The notes beneath the pieces are model-generated. The model worked only from the letters and a program-made list of their open reading frames with translations, searched no databases and had not been told where the DNA came from. Shown one piece after another: positions 60,001 to 64,000 of a stretch of DNA of 64,000 nucleotides. The translations under genes were made by a program, and so were the position numbers. The DNA is taken from NCBI GenBank assembly GCA_964036045.1, contig OZ038378.1, forward strand, positions 99,448,001 to 99,512,000. The letters are read 5' to 3'. This DNA is from Eutreptiella sp. 'Long Island Sound 2002'. Lineage: Eukaryota > Protista > Euglenida. Positions within the stretch are counted from its first letter, which is position 1. Every line of letters begins with the position of its first letter.

Positions 60001-63000
60001 TAAATAATTCACGGAGGGGTAAAATAATTCACGGAGGGGGGTAAACAATTCACGGAGGGGTGAAATAATTCACGGAGGGGGGTAAACAATTCACGGAGGG
60101 GTAAAATAATTCACGGAGGGGGGTAAATAATTCACGGAGGGGTAAAATAATTCACGGAGGGGGGTAAATAATTCACGGAGGGGTGAAATAATTCACGGAG
60201 GGGGGTAAACAATTCACGGAGGGGTAAAATAATTCACGGAGGGGGGTAAATAATTCACGGAGGGGTCAAATAATTCACGGAGGGGGGTAAACAATTCACG
60301 GAGGGGTGAAATAATTCACGGAGGGGGGTAAACAATTCACGGAGGGGTAAAAAAATTCACGGAGGGGGGTAAATAATTCACGGAGGGGTGAAATAATTCA
60401 CGGAGGGGGGTAAACGAATCACGGAGGGGTGAAATAATTCACGGAGGGGGGTAAACAATTCACGGAGGGGTAAAATAATTCACGGAGGGGGGTAAATAAT
60501 TCACGGAGGGGTAAAATAATTCACGGAGGGGGGTAAACAATTCACGGAGGGGTAAAATAATTCACGGAGGGGGGTAAACAATTCACAGAGGGGTAAAAAA
60601 ATTCACGGAGGGGGGTAAACAATTCACGGAGGGGTAAAATAATTCACGGAGGGGTGAAATAATTCGCGAAGAGGTAAAATAATTCATGGAGGGGGGTAAA
60701 GAATTCACGGAGGGGTCAAATAATTCACGGAGGGGGGTAAACAATTCACGGAGGGGTAAAATAATTCACGGAGGGGGGTAAACAATTCACAGAGGGGTAA
60801 AATAATTCACGGAGGGGGGTAAATAATTCACGGAGGGGTAAAATAATTCACGGAGGGGGGTAAACAATTCATGGAGGGGTGAAATAATTCACGGAGGGGG
60901 GTAAACAATTCACGGAGGGGTAAAATAATTCACGGAGGGGGGTAAATAATTCACGGAGGGGTAAAATAATTCACGGAGGGGGGTAAATAATTCACGGAGG
61001 CGTGAAATAATTCACGGAGGGGGGTAAACAATTCACGGAGGGGTGAAATAATTCACGGAGGGGGGTAAACAATTCACGGAGGGGTCAAATAATTCACGGA
61101 GGGGGGTAAACAATTCACGGAGGGGTCAAATAATTCACGGAGGGGGGTAAACAATTCACGGAGGGGTGAAATAATTCACGGAGGGGGGTAAACAATTCAC
61201 GGAGGGGTGAAATAATTCACGGAGGGGGGTAAATAATTCACGGAGGGGTCGTATAATTCACGGAGGGGGGTAAACAATTCACGGAGGGGTGAAATAATTC
61301 ACGGAGGGGGGTAAACAATTCACGGAGGGGTAAAATAATTCACGGAGGGGGGTAAATAATTCACGGAGGGGTAAAATAATTCACGGAGGGGGGTAAACAA
61401 TTCACGGAGGGGTAAAATAATTCTCGGAGGGGGGTAAATAATTCACGGAGGGGTAAAATAATTCACGGAGGGGGGTAAATAATTCACGGAGGGGTGAAAT
61501 AATTCACGGAGGGGGGTAAACAATTCACGGAGGGGTAAAAAAATTCACGGAGGGGGGTAAATAATTCACGGAGGGGTAAAATAATTCACGGAGGGGGGTA
61601 AACAATTCACGGAGGGGTCAAATAATTCACGGAGGGGGGTAAACAATTCACGGGGGGGTAAAATAATTCACGGAGGGGGGTAAACAATTCACGGAGGGGT
61701 GAAATAATTCACGGAGGGGGGTAAACAATTCACGGAGGGGTAAAATAATTCACGGAGGGGGGTAAATAATTCACGGAGAGGTAAAATAATTCACGGAGGG
61801 GGGTAAACGATTCACGGAGGGGTGAAATAATTCACGGAGGGGGGTAAACAATTCACGGAGGGGTAAAAAAATTCACGGAGGGGGGTAAATAATTCACGGA
61901 GGGGTAAAATAATTCACGGAGGGGGGTAAATAATTCACGGAGGGGTCAAATAATTCACGGAGGGGGGTAAAGAATTCACGGAGGGGTGAAATAATTCACG
62001 GAGGGGGGTAAACAATTCACGGAGGGGTGAAATAATTCACGGAGGGGGGTAAACAATTCACGGAGGGGTAAAATACGTCACGGAGGGGGGTAAAAAATTC
62101 ACGGAGAGGTAAAATAATTCACGGAGGGGGGTAAATAATTCACGGAGGGGTCAAAAAATTCACGGAGGGGGGTAAACAATTCACGGAGGGGTAAAATAAT
62201 TCAGGGAGGGGGGTAAATAATTCACGGAGGGGTAAAATAATTCACGGAGGGGGGTAAATAATTCACGGAGGGGTGAAATAATTCACGGAGGGGTAAAATA
62301 ATTCACGGAGGGGGGTAAATAATTCACGGAGGGGTGAAATAATTCACGGAGGGGGGTAAACAATTCACGGAGGGGTAAAATAATTCACGGAGGGGGGTAA
62401 ATAATTCACAGAGGGGTCAAAAAATTCACGGAGGGGGGTAAACAATTCACGGAGGGGTGAAATAATTCACGGAGGGGGGTAAACAATTCACGGAGGGGTT
62501 AAATAATTCACGGAGGGGGGTAAACAATTCACGGAGGGGTAAAATAATTCACGGAGGGGGGTAAACAATTCACGGAGGGGTGAAATAATTCACGGAGGGG
62601 GGTAAACAATTCACGGAGGGGTCAAATAATTCACGGAGGGGGGTAAACAATTCACGGAGGGGTGAAATAATTCACGGAGGGGGGTAAACAATTCACGGAG
62701 GGGTAAAATAATTCACGGAGGGGGGTAAATAATTCACAGAGGGGTCAAAAAATTCACGGAGGGGGGTAAACAATTCACGGAGGGGTGAAATAATTCACGG
62801 AGGGGGGTAAACAATTCACGGAGGGGTTAAATAATTCACGGAGGGGGGTAAACAATTCACGGAGGGGTAAAATAATTCACGGAGGGGGGTAAACAATTCA
62901 CGGAGGGGTGAAATAATTCACGGAGGGGGGTAAACAATTCACGGAGGGGTCAAATAATTCACGGAGGGCGGTAAATAATTCACGGAGGGGTCAAATAATT

Positions 63001-64000
63001 CACGGAGGGGGGTAAACAATTCACGGAGGGGTGAAATAATTCACGGAGGGGGGTAAACAATTCACGGAGGGGTGAAATAATTCACGGAGGGGGGTAAACA
63101 ATTCACGGAGAGGTCAAATAATTCACGGAGGGGGGTAAATAATTCACGGAGGGGTCAAATAATTCACGGAGGGGGGTAAACAATTCACGGAGGGGTAAAA
63201 TAATTCACGGAGGGGGGTAAATAATTCACGGAGGGGTGAAATAATTCACGGAGGGGGGTAAACAATTCACGGAGGGGTGAAATAATTCACGGAGGGGGGT
63301 AAACAATTCACGGAGGGGTAAAAAAATTCACGGAGGGGGGTAAATAATTCACGGAGGGGTAAAATAATTCACGGAGGGGGGTAAATAATTCACGGAGGGG
63401 TGAAATAATTCACGGAGGGGGGTAAATAATTCACGGAGGGGTGAAATAATTCACGGAGGGGGGTAAATAATTCACGGAGGGGTAAAATAATTCACGGAGG
63501 GGGGTAAATAATTCACGGAGGGGTGAAACAATTCACGGAGGGGGGTAAACAATTCACGGAGGGGTAAAATAATTCACGGAGAGGGGTAAATAATTCACGG
63601 AGGGGTAAAATAATTCACGGAGGGGGTAAACAATTCACGGAGGGGTGAAATAATTCACGGAGGGGGGTAAACAATTCACGGAGGGGTAAAATAATTCACG
63701 GAGGGGGGTAAATAATTCACGGAGGGGTAAAATAATTCACGGAGGGGGGTAAATTATTCACGGAGGGGTCAAACAATTCACGGAGGGGGGTAAACAATTC
63801 ACGGAGGGGTCAAATAATTCACGGAGGGGTGAAATAATTCACGGAGGGGGGTAAACAATTCACGGAGGGGTAAAATAATTCACGGAGGGGGGTAAATAAT
63901 TCACGGAGAGGTAAAATAATTCACGGAGGGGGGTAAATAATTCATGGAGGGGTCAAATAATTCACAGAGGGGGGTAAACAATTCACGGAGGGGTAAAATA
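57052..64000. repeat. Homogeneous 20/21-bp satellite arranged as a 41-bp dimer, running past the window end
   Basis: Alternating ggaggggt(a/c/g)aaataattcac (20) and ggaggggggtaaa(c/t)aattcac (21). Confidence 0.98.

Overview
Repeat-dominated eukaryotic nuclear DNA from a large, probably protist or algal genome, with one 200-N scaffold gap at 29145-29344. Only one clearly intact host gene is visible: a minus-strand mitochondrial carrier (SLC25, UCP-like). Three of its exons splice in phase (36965-36629, 1208-1042, 352-197), and its first intron spans about 35.4 kb. That intron holds decayed retroelement and PHD-finger remnants and a ~20 kb array of 481-bp monomers. The centre of the array is a 1.4-1.7 kb higher-order repeat built from two monomers plus an inserted MITE. 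The intron also holds a nest of (TA)n-associated TIR elements. Upstream of the gene lie hAT, gag-like and F-box-bearing relics, a 3.4 kb fold-back structure, an exon-duplicated pseudogene and a coding-like 135/141-bp repeat between direct repeats. The window ends in graded 39-, 52- and 20/21-bp satellites. All family assignments come from motifs read by eye; no database searches were run.
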